Part shown: piece by piece, positions 37,901 to 52,900 of the stretch
Layout: every line of letters starts with the position of its first letter
How positions within the stretch are numbered: the first letter of the stretch is position 1
Source: Macrostomum lignano
Taxonomy: Eukaryota
NCBI GenBank assembly: GCA_002269645.1
Contig: NIVC01000881.1
Coordinates: forward strand, 1-64,000
Length of the DNA stretch: 64,000 nt
Reading direction: 5' to 3'
Translations under genes and position numbers: made by a program
The notes under the pieces: generated by a model
What the model saw: the letters and a program-made list of their open reading frames with translations, nothing else
Told to the model about the DNA's origin: nothing
The model's database searches: none

Positions 37901-40900
37901 CGACTACAACTACGCCAACGTCGACTACGACTACGCCAACGTCGACAACTACAACGCCTACATCGACGACAACAACACCTACAACAACAACGACCTCGAC
38001 GTCGACGACCACAACTCCACCGTCTACAACAACTACGACACCATCATCAACAACGACAACCTCAAGCTCAACAACGACCACAGCACCAACGACGACAACC
38101 TCGACGTCGACCACCACGACATCGCCGTCGACGACTACTACGCCGCCTTCGACAACCACGACTACAGAGAACATTCTTGCAAAGAGCACCTCCTTGCCGC
38201 AGCGTTGCATTGAGGAAGACGGCATGGCGAACAATGGTCCAATTGGGTTGAGCGACATCTCTGTGAGTGCTTCCACTCAAGGTGTTGGACTCATTGCGCA
38301 AAGCGAGTTGAACCTCCTTCGTCCGTCGACGAGTGGTCTTGATGTCAACCGCGCACCTTCAGTAACCCGCAAAGATGAAAGCATTTCCTTTGACTTCAAT
38401 GTCAGTGGCGACGACGGCAGTCAGTCGATTATCGGAAAGCTCAGCATCATTTCAAGCACTCCAGGATTGATTACGTCAATCCAGCTGTATGAATCGTCTG
38501 GTGCTGCTGCAACCTTCACATTAGTAAAATCTGCCAACAGTGCTGAGGACGTGGCCACGTGTAGCAATAACTTTATCGAGTGTGCCTCAATCGGCGGCCT
38601 TGGTCTACAGACAAACAGAATCAGAATCAAGTTCAACTTCATCAATACGAACAACCTTCCGGTCAATGTTCAGGTAAGCATGCTAGGATGTTACACAAGA
38701 CTTTCGACCACAACATCGACGTCGACGTCGACGTCAACGTCTACGACAACATCCACATCAACCACAACTACGCCGCCGTCGACCACAACCACTACGCCAA
38801 CGTCGACAACAACCACAACGCCTTCAACAACAACTACAACACCAACATCGACGACGACAACTACAACACCTCCTTCGACGACGACAACTACAACACCGAC
38901 TTCGACGACGACTACTACAACACCGACTTCGACGACGACAACTACAACACCTACTTCGACGATGACAACTACAACGCCGACTTCGACGACGACTACTACT
39001 ACACCTACTTCGACGACCACAACCTCGACGTCGACTACGACAACGCCGCCGTCGACCACAACTACTACACCAACGTCGACAACAACCACAACGCCTTCTA
39101 CGACCACGACACCGCCGTCGACGACAACTACGACACCATTAACTACGACCACTACACCAACAACCACGACAACGTCGACGTCGACTAGTACTACAACGCC
39201 TTCCACTACTACAGTGCCGCGTGTTTGCATTGAAATTGATGGACTTTCGAACCCATTCATCATCTCACCATCGAATATTCAAGTAATCGGTGGAACACAG
39301 TCTGGATACACGGCTTCTGATTTAGAAAAGTTGCGCCTGTCATCACCAGTCCCATTTAATTTGAACCGGCCAACAGCCACATCTTTTAGTAATCCAAATG
39401 AGAACATTCTAATTGAAGTGAACCCTGCAGCTGAATCGACCAGCGGAGTAGAGATTGGACGAATTGAGCTGAGGTTTACAGCCCCCGAAGTAACAGCCGT
39501 TCGAGTGTACAACAAGCCGACGCTTTCTCAACCAAATTGGGACACTTACTATTTCTCTGGCAGCAATCTCACGAACTGCAAGTCAGACCTAATGGTGTGC
39601 CTTAGTACAGTCTCTATTGTGTCGAAAATGCTTCGATTCGAGGTCTTCTACACATCTGTAACTGACAAAAACAGCATCGACCTCCAAATTGGAATATATG
39701 GATGTTTCAAGCAAGGCTCCACAACTTCACCGTCGACAACGACCACGCCCACATCGACGACTACCACTCCAACGTCAACAACCACAACAACGCCTTCAAC
39801 AACTACCACCACTCCGTCGTCAACAACAACCACAACGGCTTCAACAACTACAACACCAACTTCGACGACCACAACCTCGACGTCGACTACGACAACGCCG
39901 CCGTCGACCACAACCACTACACCAACGTCGACAACAACCACAACGCCTTCAACAACAACTACAACACCAACATCGACGACGACAACTACAACACCTCCTT
40001 CTACAACTACGACCTCAACATCGACAACCACAACGCCAACGTCGACTACAACTACGCCAACGTCGACTACGACTACGCCAACGTCGACAACTACAACGCC
40101 TACATCGACGACAACAACACCTACAACAACAACGACCTCGACGTCGACGACCACAACTCCACCGTCTACAACAACTACGACACCATCATCAACAACGACA
40201 ACCTCAAGCTCAACAACGACCACAGCACCAACGACGACAACCTCGACGTCGACCACCACGACATCGCCGTCGACGACTACTACGCCGCCTTCGACAACCA
40301 CGACTACAGAGAACATTCTTGCAAAGAGCACCTCCTTGCCGCAGCGTTGCATTGAGGAAGACGGCATGGCGAACAATGGTCCAATTGGGTTGAGCGACAT
40401 CTCTGTGAGTGCTTCCACTCAAGGTGTTGGACTCATTGCGCAAAGCGAGTTGAACCTCCTTCGTCCGTCGACGAGTGGTCTTGATGTCAACCGCGAACCT
40501 TCAGTAACCCGCAAAGATGAAAGCATTTCCTTTGACTTCAATGTCAGTGGCGACGACGGCAGTCAGTCGATTATCGGAAAGCTCAGCATCATTTCAAGCA
40601 CTCCAGGATTGATTACGTCAATCCAGCTGTATGAATCGTCTGGTGCTGCTGCAACCTTCACATTAGTAAAATCTGCCAACAGTGCTGAGGACGTGGCCAC
40701 GTGTAGCAATAACTTTATCGAGTGTGCCTCAATCGGCGGCCTTGGTCTACAGACAAACAGAATCAGAATCAAGTTCAACTTCATCAATACGAACAACCTT
40801 CCGGTCAATGTTCAGGTAAGCATGCTAGGATGTTACACAAGACTTTCGACCACAACATCAACGTCGACGTCGACGTCAACGTCTACGACAACATCCACAT

Positions 40901-43900
40901 CAACCACAACTACGCCGCCGTCGACCACAACCACTACGCCAACGTCGACAACAACCACAACGCCTTCAACAACAACTACAACACCAACATCGACGACGAC
41001 AACTACAACACCTCCTTCGACGACGACAACTACAACACCGACTTCGACGACGACTACTACAACACCGACTTCGACGACGACAACTACAACACCTACTTCG
41101 ACGATGACAACTACAACGCCGACTTCGACGACGACTACTACTACACCTACTTCGACGACCACAACCTCGACGTCGACTACGACAACGCCGCCGTCGACCA
41201 CAACTACTACACCAACGTCGACAACAACCACAACGCCTTCTACGACCACGACACCGCCGTCGACGACAACTACGACACCATTAACTACGACCACTACACC
41301 AACAACCACGACAACGTCGACGTCGACTAGTACTACAACGCCTTCCACTACTACAGTGCCGCGTGTTTGCATTGAAATTGATGGACTTTCGAACCCATTC
41401 ATCATCTCACCATCGAATATTCAAGTAATCGGTGGAACACAGTCTGGATACACGGCTTCTGATTTAGAAAAGTTGCGCCTGTCATCACCAGTCCCATTTA
41501 ATTTGAACCGGCCAACAGCCACATCTTTTAGTAATCCAAATGAGAACATTCTAATTGAAGTGAACCCTGCAGCTGAATCGACCAGCGGAGTAGAGATTGG
41601 ACGAATTGAGCTGAGGTTTACAGCCCCCGAAGTAACAGCCGTTCGAGTGTACAACAAGCCGACGCTTTCTCAACCAAATTGGGACACTTACTATTTCTCT
41701 GGCAGCAATCTCACGAACTGCAAGTCAGACCTAATGGTGTGCCTTAGTACAGTCTCTATTGTGTCGAAAATGCTTCGATTCGAGGTCTTCTACACATCTG
41801 TAACTGACAAAAACAGCATCGACCTCCAAATTGGAATATATGGATGTTTCAAGCAAGGCTCCACAACTTCACCGTCGACAACGACCACGCCCACATCGAC
41901 GACTACCACTCCAACGTCAACAACCACAACAACGCCTTCAACAACTACCACCACTCCGTCGTCAACAACAACCACAACGGCTTCAACAACTACAACACCA
42001 ACTTCGACGACCACAACCTCGACGTCGACTACGACAACGCCGCCGTCGACCACAACCACTACACCAACGTCGACAACAACCACAACGCCTTCAACAACAA
42101 CTACAACACCAACATCGACGACGACAACTACAACACCTCCTTCTACAACTACGACCTCAACATCGACAACCACAACGCCAACGTCGACTACAACTACGCC
42201 AACGTCGACTACGACTACGCCAACGTCGACAACTACAACGCCTACATCGACGACAACAACACCTACAACAACAACGACCTCGACGTCGACGACCACAACT
42301 CCACCGTCTACAACAACTACGACACCATCATCAACAACGACAACCTCAAGCTCAACAACGACCACAGCACCAACGACGACAACCTCGACGTCGACCACCA
42401 CGACATCGCCGTCGACGACTACTACGCCGCCTTCGACAACCACGACTACAGAGAACATTCTTGCAAGAGCACCTCCTTGCCGCAGCGTTGCATTGAGGAA
42501 GACGGCATGGCGAACAATGGTCCAATTGGGTTGAGCGACATCTCTGTGAGTGCTTCCACTCAAGGTGTTGGACTCATTGCGCAAAGCGAGTTGAACCTCC
42601 TTCGTCCGTCGACGAGTGGTCTTGATGTCAACCGCGCACCTTCAGTAACCCGCAAAGATGAAAGCATTTCCTTTGACTTCAATGTCAGTGGCGACGACGG
42701 CAGTCAGTCGATTATCGGAAAGCTCAGCATCATTTCAAGCACTCCAGGATTGATTACGTCAATCCAGCTGTATGAATCGTCTGGTGCTGCTGCAACCTTC
42801 ACATTAGTAAAATCTGCCAACAGTGCTGAGGACGTGGCCACGTGTAGCAATAACTTTATCGAGTGTGCCTCAATCGGCGGACTTGGTCTACAGACAAACA
42901 GAATCAGAATCAAGTTCAACTTCATCAATACGAACAACCTTCCGGTCAATGTTCAGGTAAGCATGCTAGGATGTTACACAAGACTTTCGACCACAACATC
43001 GACGTCGACGTCGACGTCAACGTCTACGACAACATCCACATCAACCACAACTACGCCGCCGTCGACCACAACCACTACGCCAACGTCGACAACAACCACA
43101 ACGCCTTCAACAACAACTACAACACCAACATCGACGACGACAACTACAACACCTCCTTCGACGACGACAACTACAACACCGACTTCGACGACGACTACTA
43201 CAACACCGACTTCGACGACGACAACTACAACACCTACTTCGACGATGACAACTACAACGCCGACTTCGACGACGACTACTACTACACCTACTTCGACGAC
43301 GACTACTACAACACCAACTTCGACGTCGACTACGACAACGCCGCCGTCGACCACAACTACTACACCAACGTCGACAACAACCACAACGCCTTCTACGACC
43401 ACGACACCGCCGTCGACGACAACTACGACACCATTAACTACGACCACTACACCAACAACCACGACAACGTCGACGTCGACTAGTACTACAACGCCTTCCA
43501 CTACTACAGTGCCGCGTGTTTGTATTGAAATTGATGGACTTTCGAACCCATTCATCATCTCACCATCGAATATTCAAGTAATCGGTGGAACACAGTCTGG
43601 ATACACGGCTTCTGATTTAGAAAAGTTGCGCCTGTCATCACCAGTCCCATTTAATTTGAACCGGCCAACAGCCACATCTTTTAGTAATCCAAATGAGAAC
43701 ATTCTAATTGAAGTGAACCCTGCAGCTGAATCGACCAGCGGAGTAGAGATTGGACGAATTGAGCTGAGGTTTACAGCCCCCGAAGTAACAGCCGTTCGAG
43801 TGTACAACAAGCCGACGCTTTCTCAACCAAATTGGGACACTTACTATTTCTCTGGCAGCAATCTCACGAACTGCAAGTCAGACCTAATGGTGTGCCTTAG

Positions 43901-46900
43901 TACAGTCTCTATTGTGTCGAAAATGCTTCGATTCGAGGTCTTCTACACATCTGTAACTGACAAAAACAGCATCGACCTCCAAATTGGAATATATGGATGT
44001 TTCAAGCAAGGCTCCACAACTTCACCGTCGACAACGACCACGCCCACATCGACGACTACCACTCCAACGTCAACAACCACAACAACGCCTTCAACAACTA
44101 CCACCACTCCGTCGTCAACAACAACCACAACGGCTTCAACAACTACAACACCAACTTCGACGACCACAACCTCGACGTCGACTACGACAACGCCGCCGTC
44201 GACCACAACCACTACACCAACGTCGACAACAACCACAACGCCTTCAACAACAACTACAACACCAACATCGACGACGACAACTACAACACCTCCTTCTACA
44301 ACTACGACCTCAACATCGACAACCACAACGCCAACGTCGACTACAACTACGCCAACGTCGACTACGACTACGCCAACGTCGACAACTACAACGCCTACAT
44401 CGACGACGACAACTACAACACCTCCGTCTACAACTACGACCTCAACATCGACAACCACAACGCCAACGTCGACTACAACTACGCCAACGTCGACTACGAC
44501 TACGCCAACGTCGACAACTACAACGCCTACATCGACGACAACAACACCTACAACAACAACGACCTCGACGTCGACGACCACAACTCCACCGTCTACAACA
44601 ACTACGACACCATCATCAACAACGACAACCTCAAGCTCAACAACGACCACAGCACCAACGACGACAACCTCGACGTCGACCACCACGACATCGCCGTCGA
44701 CGACTACTACGCCGCCTTCGACAACCACGACTACAGAGAACATTCTTGCAAAGAGCACCTCCTTGCCGCAGCGTTGCATTGAGGAAGACGGCATGGCGAA
44801 CAATGGTCCAATTGGGTTGAGCGACATCTCTGTGAGTGCTTCCACTCAAGGTGTTGGACTCATTGCGCAAAGCGAGTTGAACCTCCTTCGTCCGTCGACG
44901 AGTGGTCTTGATGTCAACCGCGCACCTTCAGTAACCCGCAAAGATGAAAGCATTTCCTTTGACTTCAATGTCAGTGGCGACGACGGCAGTCAGTCGATTA
45001 TCGGAAAGCTCAGCATCATTTCAAGCACTCCAGGATTGATTACGTCAATCCAGCTGTATGAATCGTCTGGTGCTGCTGCAACCTTCACATTAGTAAAATC
45101 TGCCAACAGTGCTGAGGACGTGGCCACGTGTAGCAATAACTTTATCGAGTGTGCCTCAATCGGCGGCCTTGGTCTACAGACAAACAGAATCAGAATCAAG
45201 TTCAACTTCATCAATACGAACAACCTTCCGGTCAATGTTCAGGTAAGCATGCTAGGATGTTACACAAGACTTTCGACCACAACATCGACGTCGACGTCGA
45301 CGTCAACGTCTACGACAACATCCACATCAACCACAACTACGCCGCCGTCGACCACAACCACTACGCCAACGTCGACAACAACCACAACGCCTTCAACAAC
45401 AACTACAACACCAACATCGACGACGACAACTACAACACCTCCTTCGACGACGACAACTACAACACCGACTTCGACGACGACTACTACAACACCGACTTCG
45501 ACGACGACAACTACAACACCTACTTCGACGATGACAACTACAACGCCGACGTCGACTACGACAACGCCGCCGTCGACCACAACTACTACACCAACGTCGA
45601 CAACAACCACAACGCCTTCAACAACAACTACAACACCAACATCGACGACGACAGCTACAACACCTCCTTCTACAACTACGTCCTCAACATCGACAGCCAC
45701 AACGCCAACGTCGAATACAACTACCAGGCCAACGTCGACTACAACATTCTCACCAACGTCGAGTACAACTACGCCAACGACGACTAAAACTACGCCAACG
45801 ACGACTATAACAACATCGCCAACGTCAACATCCACCACAACTCCGTCGTCTACAACAACTGCAACACCATCATTAACGACCACGACAACAACACCAACAA
45901 CGACCACAACAACGGCTTCTACGACTACCACAACACCTACCTCTACTACTGCGACTCAAACATCTACGTCTACGAATACCACTACGACTCCAGCAACGAC
46001 GTTGACGGCATCAACTTCGACAACCACGCTGTTGTCAACCACAACTACTGCACCAACATCAACGGCTACGACTTCGTCGTCGACTACCACTACTCAACCA
46101 TCGACAACATCTACAAATACTCCTAGCAGCGTGTGTCTAGAAACAGATTTTATGTCCGACAATAATATTATATCTTTGACTGATATGTCTGTCAGCAACT
46201 ATTCCATTGGAGCTTCGATTCCACAATCGGATTTAAATTCGCTACGACCAAATGAAAGTGGGCTTGTTGTAAGTCAGTTGGCGTCAGATTCGCCTAAAAC
46301 AGAAACGATACAATTTAACTTTGATGTCTCTGAGGATGGGGGAATCCCATCAACGATAGGAAAGCTACAGACTATAGCGAATGTTCCTGTTTTAATCACA
46401 TCCATGCAGTTTCTTTCTAAAGCTGACTTCAGTGCCCCTCTTTCTTTGGTAAAAAAGACAACAACTTCTGCTGAGACGCTTACATGTCTTGAAGATTTGA
46501 TAGCATGTGCTTCTATCAGCGGTCGAGGACTAAACGCTGTTTCTATTTCCGTATTTTACGAGTTTACTAATTTACCTGACCTAAAATTGTCGATAAAACT
46601 AAATATTTTGGGTTGTTACACAACCAAGACCACGGAAAAAATCACAACGACAACAGTTACATCGACGTCAACCACCACTAAACCATTGTCAACGACAACT
46701 ACAACACCTACTTCGACGACCACAACCTCGACGTCGACTACGACAACGCCGCCGTCGACCACAACTACTACACCAACGTCGACAACAACCACAACGCCTT
46801 CAACAACAACTACAACACCAACATCGACGACGACAACTACAACACCTCCTTCGACGACGACAACTACAACACCGACTTCGACGACGACTACTACAGCACC

Positions 46901-49900
46901 TACTTCGACGACGACAACTACAACACCGACTTCGACGACGACAACTACAACACCTACTTCGACGATGACAACTACAACGCCGACTTCGACAACAACCACA
47001 ACCTCGACGTCGACTACGACAACGCCGCCGTCGACCACAACTACTACACCAACGTCGACAACAACCACAACGCCTTCAACAACAACTACAACACCAACAT
47101 CGATGACGACAACTACAACACCGACTTCGACGACGACTACTACAACACCAACTTCGACGTCGACTACGACAACGCCGCCGTCGACCACAACTACTACACC
47201 AACGTCGACAACAACCACAACGCCTTCTACGACCACGACACCGCCGTCGACGACAACTACGACACCATCAACTACGACCACTACACCAACAACCACGACA
47301 ACGTCGACGTCGACTAGTACTACAACGCCTTCCACTACTACAGTGCCGCGTGTTTGTATTGAAATTGATGGACTTTCGAACCCATTCATCATCTCACCAT
47401 CGAATATTCAAGTAATCGGTGGAACACAGTCTGGATACACGGCTTCTGATTTAGAAAAGTTGCGCCTGTCATCACCAGTCCCATTTAATTTGAACCGGCC
47501 AACAGCCACATCTTTTAGTAATCCAAATGAGAACATTCTAATTGAAGTGAACCCTGCAGCTGAATCGACCAGCGGAGTAGAGATTGGACGAATTGAGCTG
47601 AGGTTTACAGCCCCCGAAGTAACAGCCATTCGAGTGTACAACAAGCCGACGCTTTCTCAACCAAATTGGGACACTTACTATTTCTCTGGCAGCAATCTCA
47701 CGAACTGCAAGTCAGACCTAATGGTGTGCCTTAGTACAGTCTCTATTGTGTCGAAAATGCTTCGATTCGAGGTCTTCTACACATCTGTAACTGACAAAAA
47801 CAGCATCGACCTCCAAATTGGAATATATGGATGTTTCAAGCAAGGCTCCACAACTTCACCGTCGACAACGACCACGCCCACATCGACGACTACCACTCCA
47901 ACGTCAACAACCACAACAACGCCTTCAACAACTACCACCACTCCGTCGTCAACAACAACCACAACGGCTTCAACAACTACAACACCAACTTCGACGACCA
48001 CAACCTCGACGTCGACTACGACAACGCCGCCGTCGACCACAACCACTACACCAACGTCGACAACAACCACAACGCCTTCAACAACAACTACAACACCAAC
48101 ATCGACGACGACAACTACAACACCTCCTTCTACAACTACGACCTCAACATCGACAACCACAACGCCAACGTCGACTACAACTACGCCAACGTCGACTACG
48201 ACTACGCCAACGTCGACAACTACAACGCCTACATCGACGACGACAACTACAACACCTCCGTCTACAACTACGACCTCAACATCGACAACCACAACGCCAA
48301 CGTCGACTACAACTACGCCAACGTCGACTACGACTACGCCAACGTCGACAACTACAACGCCTACATCGACGACAACAACACCTACAACAACAACGACCTC
48401 GACGTCGACGACCACAACTCCACCGTCTACAACAACTACGACACCATCATCAACAACGACAACCTCAAGCTCAACAACGACCACAGCACCAACGACGACA
48501 ACCTCGACGTCGACCACCACGACATCGCCGTCGACGACTACTACGCCGCCTTCGACAACCACGACTACAGAGAACATTCTTGCAAAGAGCACCTCCTTGC
48601 CGCAGCGTTGCATTGAGGAAGACGGCATGGCGAACAATGGTCCAATTGGGTTGAGCGACATCTCTGTGAGTGCTTCCACTCAAGGTGTTGGACTCATTGC
48701 GCAAAGCGAGTTGAACCTCCTTCGTCCGTCGACGAGTGGTCTTGATGTCAACCGCGCACCTTCAGTAACCCGCAAAGATGAAAGCATTTCCTTTGACTTC
48801 AATGTCAGTGGCGACGACGGCAGTCAGTCGATTATCGGAAAGCTCAGCATCATTTCAAGCACTCCAGGATTGATTACGTCAATCCAGCTGTATGAATCGT
48901 CTGGTGCTGCTGCAACCTTCACATTAGTAAAATCTGCCAACAGTGCTGAGGACGTGGCCACGTGTAGCAATAACTTTATCGAGTGTGCCTCAATCGGCGG
49001 CCTTGGTCTACAGACAAACAGAATCAGAATCAAGTTCAACTTCATCAATACGAACAACCTTCCGGTCAATGTTCAGGTAAGCATGCTAGGATGTTACACA
49101 AGACTTTCGACCACAACATCAACGTCGACGTCGACGTCGACGTCTACGACAACATCCACATCAACCACAACTACGCCGCCGTCGACCACAACCACTACGC
49201 CAACGTCGACAACAACCACAACGCCTTCAACAACAACTACAACACCAACATCGACGACGACAACTACAACACCTCCTTCGACGACGACAACTACAACACC
49301 GACTTCGACGACGACTACTACAACACCGACTTCGACGACGACAACTACAACACCTACTTCGACGACGACTACTACAACACCTACTTCGACAACAACCACA
49401 ACCTCGACGTCGACTACGACAACGCCGCCGTCGACCACAACTACTACACCAACGTCGACAACAACCACAACGCCTTCAACAACAACTACAACACCAACAT
49501 CGACGACGACAACTACAACACCTACTTCGACGACGACAACTACAACACCTCCTTCGACGACGACAACTACAACACCGACTTCGACGACGACTACTACAAC
49601 ACCAACTTCGACTTCGACTACGACAACGCCGCCGTCGACCACAACTACTACACCAACGTCGACAACAACCACAACGCCTTCTACGACCACGACACCGCCG
49701 TCGACGACAACTACGACACCATCAACTACGACCACTACACCAACAACCACGACAACGTCGACGTCGACTAGTACTACAACGCCTTCCACTACTACAGTGC
49801 CGCGTGTTTGTATTGAAATTGATGGACTTTCGAACCCATTCATCATCTCACCATCGAATATTCAAGTAATCGGTGGAACACAGTCTGGATACACGGCTTC

Positions 49901-52900
49901 TGATTTAGAAAAGTTGCGCCTGTCATCACCAGTCCCATTTAATTTGAACCGGCCAACAGCCACATCTTTTAGTAATCCAAATGAGAACATTCTAATTGAA
50001 GTGAACCCTGCAGCTGAATCGACCAGCGGAGTAGAGATTGGACGAATTGAGCTGAGGTTTACAGCCCCGAAGTAACAGCCGTTCGAGTGTACAACAAGCC
50101 GACGCTTTCTCAACCAAATTGGGACACTTACTATTTCTCTGGCAGCAATCTCACGAACTGCAAGTCAGACCTAATGGTGTGCCTTAGTACAGTCTCTATT
50201 GTGTCGAAAATGCTTCGATTCGAGGTCTTCTACACATCTGTAACTGACAAAAACAGCATCGACCTCCAAATTGGAATATATGGATGTTTCAAGCAAGGCT
50301 CCACAACTTCACCGTCGACAACGACCACGCCCACATCGACGACTACCACTCCAACGTCAACAACCACAACAACGCCTTCAACAACTACCACCACTCCGTC
50401 GTCAACAACAACCACAACGGCTTCAACAACTACAACACCAACTTCGACGACCACAACCTCGACGTCGACTACGACAACGCCGCCGTCGACCACAACCACT
50501 ACACCAACGTCGACAACAACCACAACGCCTTCAACAACAACTACAACACCAACATCGACGACGACAACTACAACACCTCCTTCTACAACTACGACCTCAA
50601 CATCGACAACCACAACGCCAACGTCGACTACAACTACGCCAACGTCGACTACGACTACGCCAACGTCGACAACTACAACGCCTACATCGACGACGACAAC
50701 TACAACACCTCCGTCTACAACTACGACCTCAACATCGACAACCACAACGCCAACGTCGACTACAACTACGCCAACGTCGACTACGACTACGCCAACGTCG
50801 ACAACTACAACGCCTACATCGACGACAACAACACCTACAACAACAACGACCTCGACGTCGACGACCACAACTCCACCGTCTACAACAACTACGACACCAT
50901 CATCAACAACGACAACCTCAAGCTCAACAACGACCACAGCACCAACGACGACAACCTCGACGTCGACCACCACGACATCGCCGTCGACGACTACTACGCC
51001 GCCTTCGACAACCACGACTACAGAGAACATTCTTGCAAAGAGCACCTCCTTGCCGCAGCGTTGCATTGAGGAAGACGGCATGGCGAACAATGGTCCAATT
51101 GGGTTGAGCGACATCTCTGTGAGTGCTTCCACTCAAGGTGTTGGACTCATTGCGCAAAGCGAGTTGAACCTCCTTCGTCCGTCGACGAGTGGTCTTGATG
51201 TCAACCGCGCACCTTCAGTAACCCGCAAAGATGAAAGCATTTCCTTTGACTTCAATGTCAGTGGCGACGACGGCAGTCAGTCGATTATCGGAAAGCTCAG
51301 CATCATTTCAAGCACTCCAGGATTGATTACGTCAATCCAGCTGTATGAATCGTCTGGTGCTGCTGCAACCTTCACATTAGTAAAATCTGCCAACAGTGCT
51401 GAGGACGTGGCCACGTGTAGCAATAACTTTATCGAGTGTGCCTCAATCGGCGGCCTTGGTCTACAGACAAACAGAATCAGAATCAAGTTCAACTTCATCA
51501 ATACGAACAACCTTCCGGTCAATGTTCAGGTAAGCATGCTAGGATGTTACACAAGACTTTCGACCACAACATCAACGTCGACGTCGACGTCGACGTCTAC
51601 GACAACATCCACATCAACCACAACTACGCCGCCGTCGACCACAACTACTACGCCAACGTCGACAACAACCACAACGCCTTCAACAACAACTACAACACCA
51701 ACATCGACGACCACAACTACAACACCGACTTCGACGACGACAACTACAACACCGACTTCGACGACGACTACTACAACACCGACTTCGACGACGACAACTA
51801 CAACACCTACTTCGACGACGACTACTACAACACCTACTTCGACAACAACCACAACCTCGACGTCGACTACGACAACGCCGCCGTCGACCACAACTACTAC
51901 ACCAACGTCGACAACAACCACAACGCCTTCAACAACAACTACAACACCAACATCGACGACGACAACTACAACACCTACTTCGACGACGACAACTACAACA
52001 CCTCCGTCTACAACTACGACCTCAACATCGACAACCACAACGCCAACGTCGACTACAACTACGCCAACGTCGACTACGACTACGCCAACGTCGACAACTA
52101 CAACGCCTACATCGACGACAACAACACCTACAACAACAACGACCTCGACGTCGACGACCACAACTCCACCGTCTACAACAACTACGACACCATCATCAAC
52201 AACGACAACCTCAAGCTCAACAACGACCACAGCACCAACGACGACAACCTCGACGTCGACCACCACGACATCGCCGTCGACGACTACTACGCCGCCTTCG
52301 ACAACCACGACTACAGAGAACATTCTTGCAAAGAGCACCTCCTTGCCGCAGCGTTGCATTGAGGAAGACGGCATGGCGAACAATGGTCCAATTGGGTTGA
52401 GCGACATCTCTGTGAGTGCTTCCACTCAAGGTGTTGGACTCATTGCGCAAAGCGAGTTGAACCTCCTTCGTCCGTCGACGAGTGGTCTTGATGTCAACCG
52501 CGCACCTTCAGTAACCCGCAAAGATGAAAGCATTTCCTTTGACTTCAATGTCAGTGGCGACGACGGCAGTCAGTCGATTATCGGAAAGCTCAGCATCATT
52601 TCAAGCACTCCAGGATTGATTACGTCAATCCAGCTGTATGAATCGTCTGGTGCTGCTGCAACCTTCACATTAGTAAAATCTGCCAACAGTGCTGAGGACG
52701 TGGCCACGTGTAGCAATAACTTTATCGAGTGTGCCTCAATCGGCGGCCTTGGTCTACAGACAAACAGAATCAGAATCAAGTTCAACTTCATCAATACGAA
52801 CAACCTTCCGGTCAATGTTCAGGTAAGCATGCTAGGATGTTACACAAGACTTTCGACCACAACATCAACGTCGACGTCGACGTCGACGTCTACGACAACA

